This document shows, piece after piece, positions 33,962 to 34,126 of a stretch of 34,126 nucleotides of DNA. Position 1 is the first letter of the stretch. Every line of letters begins with the position of its first letter. The stretch covers positions 38,526,617 through 38,560,742 of the forward strand of contig NC_068994.1 in assembly GCF_001194135.2 (NCBI RefSeq), written 5' to 3'. A model generated the notes under the pieces. It worked only from the letters and a program-made list of their open reading frames with translations, had not been told where the DNA came from and searched no databases. The position numbers and the translations under genes were made by a program. This DNA comes from Octopus bimaculoides (taxonomy: Eukaryota).

Positions 33962-34126
33962 GCCCTTTGACCCCAGTACTTATTCTTTGTAAGCCTAGTA
34001 CTTATTCTATCAGTCTCTTTTGCCGAATCACTGAGTTATGGAGACGTAAACACACCAACATCGGTTGTTAAATGATGGTGGGAGGACAAACACAGACACA
34101 CAAATACATATATATACATATATACA
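33962..34126 (-). mobile_element. SINE body fragment running off the window edge
   Basis: GACCCCAGTACTTATT...AAGCCTAGTACTTATTCTATCAGTCTCTTTTG...GGACAAACACAGACAC shared with 21535-21670. Confidence 0.8.

Overview
AT-rich (eukaryotic, gapped draft assembly) window containing part of a tandem, head-to-tail protocadherin cluster, all on the minus strand. The 6-EC protocadherins, the cluster layout and the SINE/RTE repeat content point to a cephalopod, most likely Octopus (inference). Four units are visible: D (31867-23099) is complete, about 933 aa, with signal peptide, six cadherin repeats, a TM helix and three coding exons (intron phases 0 and 1). C (15614-12720) is 5'-truncated to EC6-TM-tail and its last exon is frameshifted by a (CA)17 microsatellite. 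B (10165-6197) has three coding exons but a +2 frameshift at the end of EC2. A (2204-189) is partly hidden by gaps and runs off the left edge. Each gene carries its own cytoplasmic exons; there are no shared constant exons. A and B share a 167-bp upstream block that is 166/167 identical (candidate promoter). Introns hold nested mobile elements, including a 604-bp foldback element with 37-bp TIRs, an 8-bp TSD and an inverted (CCCTAA)n/(TTAGGG)n telomeric core. Most other ORFs in the track are N-gap or microsatellite artefacts. All alignments and mismatch counts were done by eye.
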